A stretch of DNA of 64,000 nucleotides, taken from NCBI GenBank assembly GCA_951406725.2, contig OX597835.1, positions 24,118,001 to 24,182,000 on the forward strand, written 5' to 3'. Below the pieces are notes generated by a model, which was not told the DNA's origin, searched no databases, and saw only the letters and a list, made by a program, of their open reading frames with translations. The position numbers were made by a program, and so were the translations under genes. Source of the DNA: Octopus vulgaris. Lineage: Eukaryota. Position 1 is the stretch's first letter, and each line of letters starts with the position of its first letter. Below, in pieces: positions 37,277 through 49,525 of this stretch.

Positions 37277-37650
37277 TAGGCGCAGGCATGGCTGTGTGGT
37301 AAGAAGCCTGCTTCCCAGCCACATGGAATTGGGTTCAGTCCCACTTGGGAAAGTGTCTTCTTACATAGCCTCAGGCAGATCTAAGCCTTGGGAGTGGATT
37401 TGGTAGACGGAAACTGAAAGAAGCCCTTCGTGTATGTATATACATGTGTGTGTGTGTATGTGTGTTTTTGTCTGCCTCCCCTTTTCCTCCAGCACTGCTT
37501 GACAACCGATGTTGGTGTGTTTACATCCCTATAACTTATCAGTTCAGCAAAAGAGATCGGCTGAACAAGCTCTTGGGTTGATATGTTTGACTAAAACCCT
37601 TCAATGCAGTGCTCCATCATGGCCGCAGTCAAATAACTAAAACATGTAAA
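37277..37650 (+). mobile_element. SINE family A (full length, CpG-decayed)
   Basis: aggcgcaggcatggctgtgtggtaag head through catggccgcagtcaaataactaaaac tail. Confidence 0.8.
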
Positions 37651-37716
37651 GAATATAGTGCAGAAGATGTTATATCAATGGCATTTTCTTCATGAATACA
37701 AGGCATGATTTTGTGT

Positions 37717-37787
<71 letters not shown>

Positions 37788-38287
37788 AAAAGGGTTGTTT
37801 TTTTGGGGTGGGGGGGTTTTAAACAGTAGACTGCACACAGTTCTTCAAAAGCTACATGCACAAAGCCCTTCAGAAGACTAAGCATGCAGCCCTTCACGAG
37901 GTTACGCATTCAGCCTTTCACAAGACTACACACGCACACACACACACACACAGCCCTTATGAGGCTACACATTTAGCACTTAGGAAGGCCGCAAATTTTC
38001 TACATCTGGCCTGTATGACATGAAACAAATCTACAAGGCTAGACTGTTGCAACCCGTAGACTAAACCATACAGGTATACTGGAGTATGGTGGAGTGTACT
38101 GTGTGATCCTCAGTTAGGTGGAGTAGAGCAGAAGATCTTTGCAATGTACCCTTGTCATTTAACTAACTATCCATAGGACCTGTCAAACGTCTGTTGATCT
38201 ATGGGTGACACAACAACTGACCCCAGGAGGATGAAAAGCAAAGTTGATCTCGGCAGGATTAGAACTTTATGACATAAGTAAGAGAAG

Positions 38288-38640
38288 TGAAGGCGCATGG
38301 CTCAGTGATTAGAGCATCAGGCTCACAATCATGAGGTAGTGAGTTTGATTCTCAGACAGGGCTGTGTGTTGTGTTCTTGAGCAAGACACTTTATTTCACG
38401 TTTCTCCAGTTCACTCAACTGTAGAAATGAGTTCCGATGTCACTGGTGCCAAACTGTGTATGAGAAGTGAAGGCGCATGGCTCAGTGGTTAGAGCGTCAG
38501 GCCTTTGCCTTTCTCTTGGATAACATTGGTGGTGTGAAGAATGAATGCTGGTCTTCCATGAACAACCTTTCCTGGACTTGTGCCTCAGAGGGTAACTTTC
38601 TAGGTGCAATCCCATGGTCATTCATGACTGAAGGGGGTCT
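38288..38640 (+). mobile_element. SINE family D with duplicated head segment
   Basis: gagaagtgaaggcgcatggctcagtg.ttagagc.tcaggc at about 38282 and 38462. Relative at about 45975-46310. Confidence 0.75.
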
Positions 38641-39120
38641 TTGTGTATGGAGAGCTCATGCAGAGGATCACGAGTTCAAAACTCATTGGAACCTAAAATG
38701 ACTTTTGTAAGTGTTGGCATGGCTGTATGCTAAGAAGTTTGCTTCTCAGACACATCATCATCATCGTTTAACGCCTGCTTTCCATGCTGGCATAGGTTGG
38801 ACAGTTTGACTGGAGACTGGCACGCAGGGAGGCTGCCCCAGGCTCCAATCTGATCTGGCAACATTTCTATGGCCCTTCCTAATGCCAACCACTCCAAGAT
38901 TGTAGTGGGTGTCTTTTAAGTGTCACTGGCACAGGAGCCAGTTGGGTGGCACTGGCATCAACCACATTCAGATGGTGCTTTTTATGTGCCACTGGCACAG
39001 GAGCCAGTTGGGGTGGGCGGAGACTGACATCGACCACATTTGGATGGTGTATGGTTTTGCATATGTCCCACTGCAAAACCACTGCATGACATCTTGCATA
39101 AGTATCTTCTACTATATCTG

Positions 39121-39349
39121 TTTCTTTACTACCCACAAGGGGCTACACACAGAGGGGACAAACAAGGACAGACAAATGGATTAACTCGATTACATCGACC
39201 CCAGTGCGTAACTGGTACTTAATTTATCGACCCTGAAAGGATGAAAGGCAAAGTCGACCTCGGCGGGATTTGAACTCAGAACGTAACAACAGACGAAATA
39301 CGGCTACGCATTTCGCCCGGCGTGCTAACGTTTCTGCCAGCTCGCCGCC
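39121..39349 (-). mobile_element. Young SINE family B nested in family A with 14-bp TSD
   Basis: ttctactatatctg (39107-39120) / ttctacaatatctg (39350-39363). Confidence 0.85.
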
Positions 39350-39699
39350 TTCTACAATATCTGTGGGTCAACCAAAGCCTTTTGAGTAGACTTAGTTGAT
39401 GACAACTGAAAGGATCCCATCGTGTGTGTGTTAGTGTGATTTTAGCTTGTCATTACATGATAGTTATAAGCAAGGGTTACTATCTTGCTAGTTTTGTGCT
39501 TCATTTCCAGATTTTTGCGAAAACCTACCTTATCATGATGGAGAAATATTACCTTGGGAATGAGTGAGGGGTGTTAGTGACTGGAAGAGCACCTGGTTGT
39601 AAAAAATCTGCTTCAACAAATTCCATTTGACCCATACAAGCATGGGAAAGTGGATGTTAATATGATGTTGACAGTGATGGCACATATGTGTGTATGTGG

Positions 39700-40075
39700 C
39701 ACTCCGTCAGTTATGACAATGAGGGTTCCTGTTGATCCGATCAACGGAACAGCCTGCTCGTAAAATTAACATGCAAGTGGCTGAGCACTCTGCAGACATG
39801 TGTACGCTTAATGTAGTTCTTGGGAAGATTCAGCGTGACACAGAGTGTGACAATGCTGGCCCTTTGACATACAGGTACAACAGAAACAAGAAGAAAGAGT
39901 GAGAGAAAGTTGTGGTGAAAGAATACAGCAGGGTTTGCCACCGCCCACTGCTGGAGCCTCGTGGAGCTCTAGGTATTTTCACTCAGTAAAGACTCACAAT
40001 GCCCTGTCTGAGAATTGAAACCATGATCCTATGACTGCAAGTCTGCTGCCCTAACCACTGGGCCATTGTGCCTCC
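39700..40075 (-). mobile_element. SINE family E
   Basis: Reverse complement of the copy at 57345-57725. Confidence 0.75.
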
Positions 40076-40082
40076 TATATAT

Positions 40083-40158
<76 letters not shown>

Positions 40159-40345
40159 ATGTATGTATGTATGTATAGGTGTGTGTGTATGTAGATATAT
40201 GTATATCCTTTAAGTTTTCGGCGTTAAGTTTTGTTTATAGGAAATGTTTTTGAGTTTGCATATAAAAGCCCCACATGAGACATTAAAATATTTATAAATT
40301 TCTTCCATAGATTATTATTACTATAAGTGTATATGTGTGTATGTA

Positions 40346-40387
<42 letters not shown>

Positions 40388-40879
40388 TGCATACACACAC
40401 ACATATATGTATGTATATATAACACATATATACATCATATATATACACTCACATGCATGTGGGTGCATACAAAATGTATAAGGACATTTACTTGTATGCG
40501 TACTTAATGTCAGCAAATTGACTTATGTTCCTTGCGTGTCCTTTTACTTTAGGATCTGGTGTGTGTGTGTGTGTGTGTGTGTGCGTGCATGCATTGTATA
40601 CATAATACCACTGCCAACAGCATCTGCTGATGTCATTGTATACTAAAATTGATATTTTTCTATCAGCCAATATAGTTTAATTAATTAGTTCATTATTATC
40701 TCTGGAGACTAATGAGATAGGATTAATTTCTGTTTAAGACTTCAACCATCATGGAAAGACAAATAAACTGTATTTTGTTTTTCATTACTCTCCTTACTCT
40801 CTTTTACTCTCCTTTATTTACATCCATCACTTTCTCTTGTTAAGTCTAAACAGTACGGTTTTGATCTCTGAGTGCTGCA

Positions 40880-41300
40880 ACTTCACTGTCCTCTACTTCA
40901 CTCTGCCCCCTCCCCCACTCCACTCCACTCCACTTTCCACTCCAACCCCACTCTACTTCACTCTGTCCCTCCACTCCACACCCAACTAACACTCTGCACC
41001 CAGTTTCCACTCTGCACCCAGTTTCCACTCCGCACCCAGCTTCCACTCCGCACCCAGCTTCCACTCCGCACCCAGCTTCCACTCCGCACCCAGCTTCCAC
41101 TCCGCACCCAACTTCCACTCTGCACCCAACTTCCACTCTGCACCCAACTTCCACTCTGCACCCAACCTCCACTCCACACCCTGCCTCCACTCCACACCCA
41201 GCCTCCACTACTTGCCCAGCCTCCACTCCACACCCAACTTCCACTCTAGTCTCCTTCATCTCTACTTCACCCCCACTACTCCACTCTACTTGAACCCCCA
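40880..41300. repeat. 18-bp minisatellite ttccactccgcacccagc
   Basis: About 15 units plus degenerate flanks. Confidence 0.9.
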
Positions 41301-42004
41301 CTCAAGTCAATCATGACATCTTTTGAGAGCCATGAGCATCACAAAACCTCTCCTACTTCCTTCCTTTTCCTATACAACCAAAGCCTTGTGCTTCTGACAT
41401 CAGCATAACCCTTCATCTTTCTGGATCATTCCCTTTCTTTAATCTCAAGAGATCATCTTAGCTTCTCTGTCTCCTCTGATGATCAGCTCAGTCTTTCTTC
41501 AATCTGGAAGTCATCTTTATCTTTCTTTCACCAGCCAGGGATCATTTCTTAGTTAAATATTTTTTGCATCTCTCCTCTTTTTTTGATTTTTCTCTTTTGT
41601 ATCTTTTGGTAAAAATGGAATTTGTTTCCAAATAAATAAATAAATAAATATAAAATAACAATCTATGTACTCTAACAAAGAAAGTTGCTTATTAATTTGT
41701 TAGTATGTAAGCCTTACTAAACGAAAGCAATTATTAAAGCCTACACTTTTTAAAATAGTTATGGACAACCTCTGACCTGCAGGAATTTTTGAATGACACA
41801 CCCAACAAGAAATTATCTTCACTCATTTTTTTTAAGTTGTGCAACTCACCTGTGACTTCTCGTTAAAAGGTTATCCATGCCAGTTCTAGAAAATTATGAA
41901 AAATTCTTAATTTTAATGTTTTTATCAAAATGTGGTTTTATCAAAATGTGGTTTTTGGGATTATTTAATTATTGAAAATTTCAACTACTGAAAACTAATT
42001 CTAA

Positions 42005-42223
42005 CCCTTTAGCATTCTGTTAAAAATAATGCTTATTTATTCATTTAATCACATTGTTTTGTATTAATCATGCATTATATTGTAGCTTTGAGATTTCGAT
42101 GAGGTAACTGTTAATTTCTCGAATGACATTGTAGTGTAGGTGTAAGCGGCTGTATTTGGCCACTTTGAGCATAAAACAGGTTGAATATTTTGGCCAGATG
42201 TGGCCAGTTGAAATGCTAAAGGG
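42005..42223 (-). mobile_element. piggyBac-type MITE
   Basis: ctaa|ccctttagcatt ... aatgctaaaggg|ttaa. Confidence 0.75.
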
Positions 42224-42604
42224 TTAATTCACTGCTAGATGACATTTTTTCTTCTTTTATCACTACAAGATAGTGTCCCCTCTTTGTCTTTTTTCTCTCT
42301 CATACATTTCTGGATACTACTTTCTGCACACATATCAGTAAAAACATTTCACCAACTTAAATTTAATCTAAATTCAGCCAAATTATGTTGATTCCAGAAT
42401 CCTTCCATATTTGTGAGGTGTTTTTGAAGAAGAAAAATGGTTTTAATTTACTTACATCAATTTTTAAAAAAAATATTAACTTCAGAGAGAAATAAGTAGC
42501 AAAAAGACTGCCCCTGCACCCACTCGAAATTTACATGAATTAACTTTTTTTAATTATTTAATTGATGTATTTATTAATTTATGATTTCTCCCTTACTGAA
42601 ATAG

Positions 42605-42664
42605 AAGCAAGTTTTAATGTTTTGGAGGCAGCACCTTGGGTCTATGCCTCGGGTTCCTCAACAA
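42605..42664 (+). CDS. Candidate symmetric (phase 1-1) cassette exon of stomatin gene: (E)ASFNVLEAAPWVYASGSST(N)
   Basis: Pyrimidine-rich run then TAG| acceptor and CAA|GTAAGT consensus donor. Exactly 60 nt and open in the frame required between exons 742-784 and 47156-47262. Confidence 0.55.
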
Positions 42665-45280
42665 GTAAGTATTGCTTCAGTCCTACTGATGATGATGATG
42701 ATGCAGTAGTGTTGTCTTGCTACCACAGACTACCCACTACTACCATGACCACCACTGACTACTATCACCACCACCATGACATCTCCTTGAGCATTTACAT
42801 AGAAATTTATGATCACAAGTATGTATATAGATCTGACACTCCATCAGTTTCGATGATGAGGCTTCCATTTGATCCAATCAATGGAACAGCCTGCTTGTGA
42901 AATTAACGTGCAAGTGGCTGAGTGCTCCACAGACGTGTGTACCCTTAATGTAGTTCTCAGAGATTCAGCATGACACAGTGTGATAAAGCTGGTCCTTTGA
43001 AATACAGATACTACTCATTTTTTGCCAGCTGAGCAATGTGAAATAAAGTGTCTTGCTCAAGGACACAACCGCACTGCCAGGTATCGAACTCACGATCTTA
43101 TAGTCATGAGCCAAAAGCCCTAACCACTAAGCCACACACCTTCCCATGTCTATAGAAAACATGAATGTACACACATATTTGTGGATGTGAGTGTATATAT
43201 ACACACTCACTCATACAGACACAAGAATATTTGTACACTTACACATACACACGCACACAAGCACAGGCACACGTGCACATATATACACACATGTATACAT
43301 ACACATACTGGTGGATGGAAGCATAGATATACACATGTACTGCTGGATGGAAGCATTGACATACACACATGTAGGTGCAGCAAGTGCATGCATTCCTACA
43401 TGCACACATGTAGGAAACGGATACAGTGATATGGTATTTAGGTGTTGGTAAAGTTAGAAACTCAGTTTCAATTCCCAGTTGGATCACTTTAATTGTTTGT
43501 CACTAATGCACTCTGATAGGGCATGACCACCACAACTTCACAATTATCCCCCCCCCATGACTCTTATGTGGTTGTATGTCAATGTAAGACATTATTCTAG
43601 TGAATTGGTAGGTACAGTGGTATTTTAGTTGTGTTTGTTACTTCCTGAGTTCAAACCCTATCATTTCAACAGCCTTTACTCTCCAAGGTTATATAAAATA
43701 TATGGGGCACAAACGCACACATTGGTAATCAATAAGTCCTTCTGAAATAGTCATTTACATTTCCTACTAAATGTATATATACTGTTGATAGGCCAGTGAC
43801 TGCAGGGTTTGTCCTGAGATAACATCTTTTATGGTATTATGGGTGTTGTGGGGCTAAAAAATATGAGAGAGGAGCAGCAGGCGCATGTCTCTTGCGACAG
43901 AGGAGATACATGGCCACTCTGCATTCAGGTGGGTGGAGCAACTGAGGCACAAAGCCAGGAATTTAGGGGGAGCAAATGGTCATTGATATCAATCTCATTA
44001 CATAGTGAGCAATGAAAGGCAAAGTTGGCCACAACAGGACTTCGAACACCTTGAATTAAATTAATCATGAATAAGATGTATCCGCTGTCTGTTTTATGGC
44101 AGCCTACCATTTTACAGGGAATTCTTCACATAGGGTACCCCACAAAACACAAAACTGTTGGACATGACAAAGGGGTACATTGGAAGGCAGAGTTTTGAGA
44201 ATGCTTTTATTTATTTTTTTTTTCATTCTGTTTAAATAAAAGCATTTTTATCCTTCTGGACTTAATAAAATAAGCCCTGCATAGAAACAAAACAATAGTA
44301 GTATTAGTAATAATAATATCAGTAATAAATCTGGCTTGGGATTAGTTACAGGGAATGGAGGTGAGGGTAGGTACAGAGGATAATGGGTTTTGATATGGCT
44401 TTATATTCCCAATCAGGAGTTCTTTCTCTCTCTCTCTCTCACTGTCTCTCTTTGTCTCTCTCACACATGCTGTGTCTTTCACTGTATGTCTCTCACCCTT
44501 TCCATCCTCTCTCTCTCTCCATCCCTATCTCTCACTCTCCCCACCTTCACCTAAATTAATCTAATATAATTAATATCCTTCACTGTAGTTGTTGCTATAG
44601 AGACTTGTAACCATGGACACTGTTATTATGTAGTCATTACCATAGAAACCAGATTCTCTCTGTTCACCTTTTTGATCTCTCAAGTCACTACATTTGGTGT
44701 TGTTGGTGTTTACATTACATATGTATGTATATATATATATATATATACATATGTAAATAATTTAATTACAAAATAATGCAAGTGGGTGAGTGGTGTGAAT
44801 TTATCCTATGAGTTGAGTAGCTGATGATGTACTGATTGATGTATATAAAAATTTAAAAAATTCTAAGTGACTTGAACCTTGCATCTTAGTTGGAGAAAGA
44901 AAACAAAATCCTAGCGGCGGTTGTAAGCTACTAGCAAAGTGAAGGGAAATGATTTTAAGACATTAAAAACAATTTGACAGAAAATTGAATTTTAAGGTTT
45001 AAAGGAGGCAAAGAGTGGGGCAAACTTGGATTTTTGCTCTGAAGCACTTTTCTAAAATTAATTCTTAATTTATCATTTTTATCTTTTTATTTGTTTCAAG
45101 CAAGCATTGGGCTGTGACCATACTGCCTCGAAGGGTGTCAGTTGGCGAAATCAACCCTTGTAATAATTCTTTTTTTAATGCTATTTTTCCTATCAGTAGC
45201 TTTTGCCAAACCATTTAACTTACAGAGATGTAAACAAACCAACATTAGTTGTCAAGCAGTCATGGGGGACAAACACACAC

Positions 45281-45311
<31 letters not shown>

Positions 45312-46604
45312 TTATATATATATATATATAATCATCATTGTGTGTGGAAACATTATCAGTGTATGTGTGTGGAAATGTTATCAGTGTGTGTGGAAATGTT
45401 ATCAGTGTGTGGGTCGAAACGTTATCAGTGTGTGTGCGTGTGTGGAAACGTTATCTGTGTATGTGTGTGTGGAAACGTTCAGTGTGTGGGTGCATGTGTA
45501 TGCATGATTTACAATTGTGTGTGTGTGTGTGTGTGTGTATTTATTTATTGTGTGTGTTTGTACCCCATAACTTCTCAACAACTGGTGTTGGTTTGTTTAC
45601 ATCCCAGTAACTTAAGTAGTTTGGCAAAAGCGACTGATAGGAAAAGTACCAGATGTTAAAAAAATCAGGTGAGCAGGTCAACATTCTCTCTGATTGGAAG
45701 GCCATTCCATTGCAGGGCTGTCCTTTTACAGCTGAGTGACTGGAGCAACATGAAATGAAGTGTTTTGCCCAAGAGCACAATGTGTCACCCGGTCAAGGAA
45801 TTGAACCCATGATCTAGCGATTGTGAGTGCAACACCCTAACCACTAGGCCACATGCCTTCACATACCAGTCATATACTAGGGTGTAAATATAGACTGCTC
45901 TCTTCTTGTGAATTTGCAGACATAGTTCAATTTCAGCTGAGGTCAACTTTGTCTTTCATCTTTTTCATGATCAGTAATGGCTCAGTTGTTTGTGTCGGGC
46001 TTACAGTCATGAGGTAGTGAGTTCAATTCGCAGACCGGGCTGTGTGTTGTGTTCTTGAGCAAGACACTTTATTTCATGTTGCTCCAGTTCACTCAGCTGT
46101 AGAAACGTGTTGTGGTATCACTGGTGCCAAGCTGTATTGACCTTTGCCCTTTCCATGGATAAGATCAGTGACATGGAGACGGGAGGCTGGTATGCATGGG
46201 TGACTGCTGGTCTTCCATAAACAACCTCGCCTGGACTTGTTCCTTGAAGGGTAACTTTCTAGGTGTAATCCCATTGTCATTCATGACCGAAGGGGGTCTT
46301 TACCCTTTACTCGTCATATTAGCGGGTAAACATAATCAACTGTTCCCTTCCTGCAAATTTGCAAACAAAACACTTTATGGTATGTTCCAGCTCTTTACGT
46401 TCTGAGTTCAAATTCAGCTCTGAGATCAACTTTTACATGCTTCCCATGGTTAGCAAAAGTAACATACAGGTCATATGCCAGGTGTGAATATAACCGATTC
46501 TTCCCTTCCTGCAAAATACACAAACAAAATGCCTTGCAGTATGTTCCGGCTCCTCACGATCCGAGTTCAAATTTGCTGTCTTGCACCTTTACTAAATTAT
46601 ATAA

Positions 46605-46826
46605 TCTTTTACTCTTTTACTTGTTTCAGTCATTTGACTGCAGCCATGCTGGAACACCACCTTTAATCAAGCAACTTGACCCCGGGACTTATTATTTTGT
46701 AAGCCTAGCACTTATTCTATCGGTCTCTTTTGCCGAACCGCTAAGTAGCGGGGACATGAACACACCAGCATCGGTTGTCAAGCAACGCTAGGGGGACAAA
46801 AACAGACACACACACAAACACACACA

Positions 46827-46882
<56 letters not shown>

Positions 46883-47053
46883 TATTTACGACGGGCTTCT
46901 TTCAGTTTCCGTCTCCCAAATCCACTCACAAGGCTTTGGTCAGCCCGAGGCTATAGTAGAAGACACTTGCCCAAGGTGCCATGCAGCGGGACTGAACCCG
47001 GAACCATGTGGTTGGTAAACAAGCTACTTACCACACGGCCACTCCTGTGCCTA
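46605..47053 (-). mobile_element. SINE family A, young full-length copy about 100 bp upstream of stomatin exon
   Basis: Near-identical to 5461-5800 and 54225-54620. Confidence 0.88.
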
Positions 47054-47155
47054 TAATTATTTATATAATATAATTTATTAATTTGATCTTATTTATTCTG
47101 TTTTTTTTCTGTTCCTTCTTCTCACTGTTGTTATTGTCTTCTCCTCTTCCATCAG

Positions 47156-47262
47156 ATGCAGCTCGCGAAAACAAACTCGGCTTATGTGGTACCTTGCTTA
47201 TGGCTCTCTCTTTTGTCATTATCCTGTGCACATTACCGTTCTCTCTGTGTCTAGTTATTAAG
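47156..47262 (+). CDS. Stomatin/band-7 exon with membrane hairpin: (D)AARENKLGLCGTLLMALSFVIILCTLPFSLCLVIK
   Basis: Long polypyrimidine tract plus CAG| and AAG|GTAAAC. GxCG palmitoylation-type motif, hydrophobic stretch with the conserved Pro (TLP), ending in IK as in stomatin/podocin/MEC-2. Confidence 0.93.
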
Positions 47263-47792
47263 GTAAACTATGCAAATCTTTCTTGATTGTTTATTTATTG
47301 TCTTTTTTTGTTTTCATTTTTTTTATGTTCCTTTTATTATTATTATTATTTTTATTCTTTTACCAGTTTCTTTCATGGAACTGCAGCTTCAGTGGGACAC
47401 CACATTCTAGGCTTTTAGGCTATTATTTATAAAAATAGCAGCCAAATATTACTCATATCATGCTCTGCCATCTGAAAAATAAACAAAAACCAGTGCAAAG
47501 GGATTCTGTTAGTCTGGGGTTTTATGGAAGTGTGCTGCTGGAATTGTTATTGCACCGGGCAAGATGCTTAGAGGCATTTCGCCCATCGCTACATTCTTGG
47601 GTCAAATTCCGCTGAGGTTGAGTTTGCTTGTCCTCTTTTTGGGGTCGGTAAAATCAGTACCAGTTGAATACTGGGGTTGATTACATTACCTACACCCTCC
47701 CCAAAATTGCTGGCCTTGTGTCAAAATTTGATACCAGAAAAAATAAGGTGGGTCGGTCAAACTGGAGTGCCGTTGATCAGGGGTTTTATTCC

Positions 47793-48075
47793 GGAATCGA
47801 ACTCGGAATCTTGGGGTTTGTAGCTCGCGCTCTTAACCACTACACCATATGACCGTGGGCATATAGCATAGGGGTTAAGAGCACGGGCTAAAACCCCAAG
47901 ATTCCGGGTTCAATCCCAAGCAGTGACCTGAACAACAATAATAATAACAATATCGAAAAATACCTTAGGAATGAGATCCCAGGTTTGAAATTTCCCCAAG
48001 ACACTTGAAAAAGGCTGGAGGGTCTATCAGCCGAAACAAGATGAGGACAAATATCCATCAAATGTAAATAATGTA
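47793..48075. mobile_element. Head-to-head tRNA-like palindrome plus downstream decayed hammerhead-like motif
   Basis: Arms 47793-47854 / 47857-47917, each with A- and B-box-like motifs. At 48001-48037: acac-ttgaaaa-aggctg...cagcc-GAAAC. Confidence 0.6.
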
Positions 48076-48869
48076 TATTCTTTTAGTCTTCTACTTGTTT
48101 CAGTCATTTGACTGCGGCCATGCTGGAGCATCGCCATGAGAATTTACAGTTGAATGTATTGACCCTAGTATTTTTTAAAGCCTGGTGTTTGTTTTATTGA
48201 TCCCTTTTGCTGAACTGCTAAGTTATGAGGACATGCACACACACACACATATACAACAGGCTTCTTTCAGTTTCTGTCTACCAAATCCATTCACAAGGTT
48301 TTGGTCGGTCTGAGGTTATAGGTGAAGGCAGTTGCTTGAGGTGCCACGCAGTAGGACTGAACCTGGAACCATGTGGTTGGGAAGCCAGCTTCTTACCCAC
48401 ACAGCCACGCTTGGAATGCTTGTAAATTGGTGTCGCCTCCTTGTCTGGACATCGTGCAATTACTGTAATCAAGCGTCACACTTTCACGCCACAAGTGGCA
48501 TCATTTGTTTCATTGCCTTGCAGTTACGATTCCATTAAAAAAAAGAAACAACAAAAAGACAAAAAGAATGCGGTGGGGTGGAGCAGGTGAATAAAATCTT
48601 ACAGGTGAGATACGGGATGGCTACATGGAGATCCTCTGGGCAAAGGAAATTTTGCCTCATTGTGCGAGCATAGGAAAGTGAACGTTAAAAACTCTGTGTG
48701 TGTGTGTGTGTATGTTTGCGCACGCAGATGTGTGTGAGAGAGAAAGATAGAAAAACAGACTTAAAATTTGTGCGCATGTGTATCTCGGAACAATAATGTC
48801 AATGTATTATTCATCTCTAGTCCCAAATACCAAAGCACCCTATTCTAGATGTATTATTTATTTATTGAT

Positions 48870-48900
<31 letters not shown>

Positions 48901-49282
48901 GGTAAATTGCTTCACTTATATTCTTTTATTGATTGGTTTCCCAACCCCAGAACAAGTTTCCTAGAATATAATAATGGTAAAGTTGACATAATCTAGATTA
49001 TTCCACAGTTGTTGTTGTTGTTGTGTGAGCGAGAGTGAGAGTGTTGCCGAGAAGTTTCTTTTTTTTTATTTTGTTTGTTTTTATTTTTTTGGCAAATTAA
49101 TCTGTATAGATTTTTTTTTTTTATATATTTTGGCAAATATTAAAGGAGGAGGGGGGGCTGGGGAGGTGCGAAAGAAAACAATAAAAACAATAATAGTAAT
49201 AACAACTGAAGAGAAAGTTGGTTTTGTATTCAGTTTTTTGTTGTAGTTAAATTTCATCTTTATTTCTCTCGTTTCACTTCCT

Positions 49283-49525
49283 TGGTGGTGGTGGTGGCAA
49301 GATGTGATGGTGGTGGTGCTGGCAAGATGTGGCGGGTGGGGTGTTACAAGGTGTGATGATGGTGGGGGTGGGGTAGGGTTGCAAGATGTGATGATGGTGG
49401 TGGTGTTGGCAAGATGTAGTGGTGGGGGTGTTACAAGGTGTGATGACGGTAGTGCTGGGGTAGGGTTGCGATATGTGATGATGGTGGGGGTAGGGTTGCG
49501 AGATGTGATGATGATGGTGGTGGTC
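49283..49525. repeat. GT-rich degenerate tandem repeat
   Basis: gcaagatgtgatg...ggggtgttacaaggtgtgatga...ggggtagggttgc repeated. Confidence 0.75.

Noticed and set aside
40845-40852. Microexon after a strong pyrimidine tract
   Set aside because: 8 nt, not frame-preserving, weak donor.
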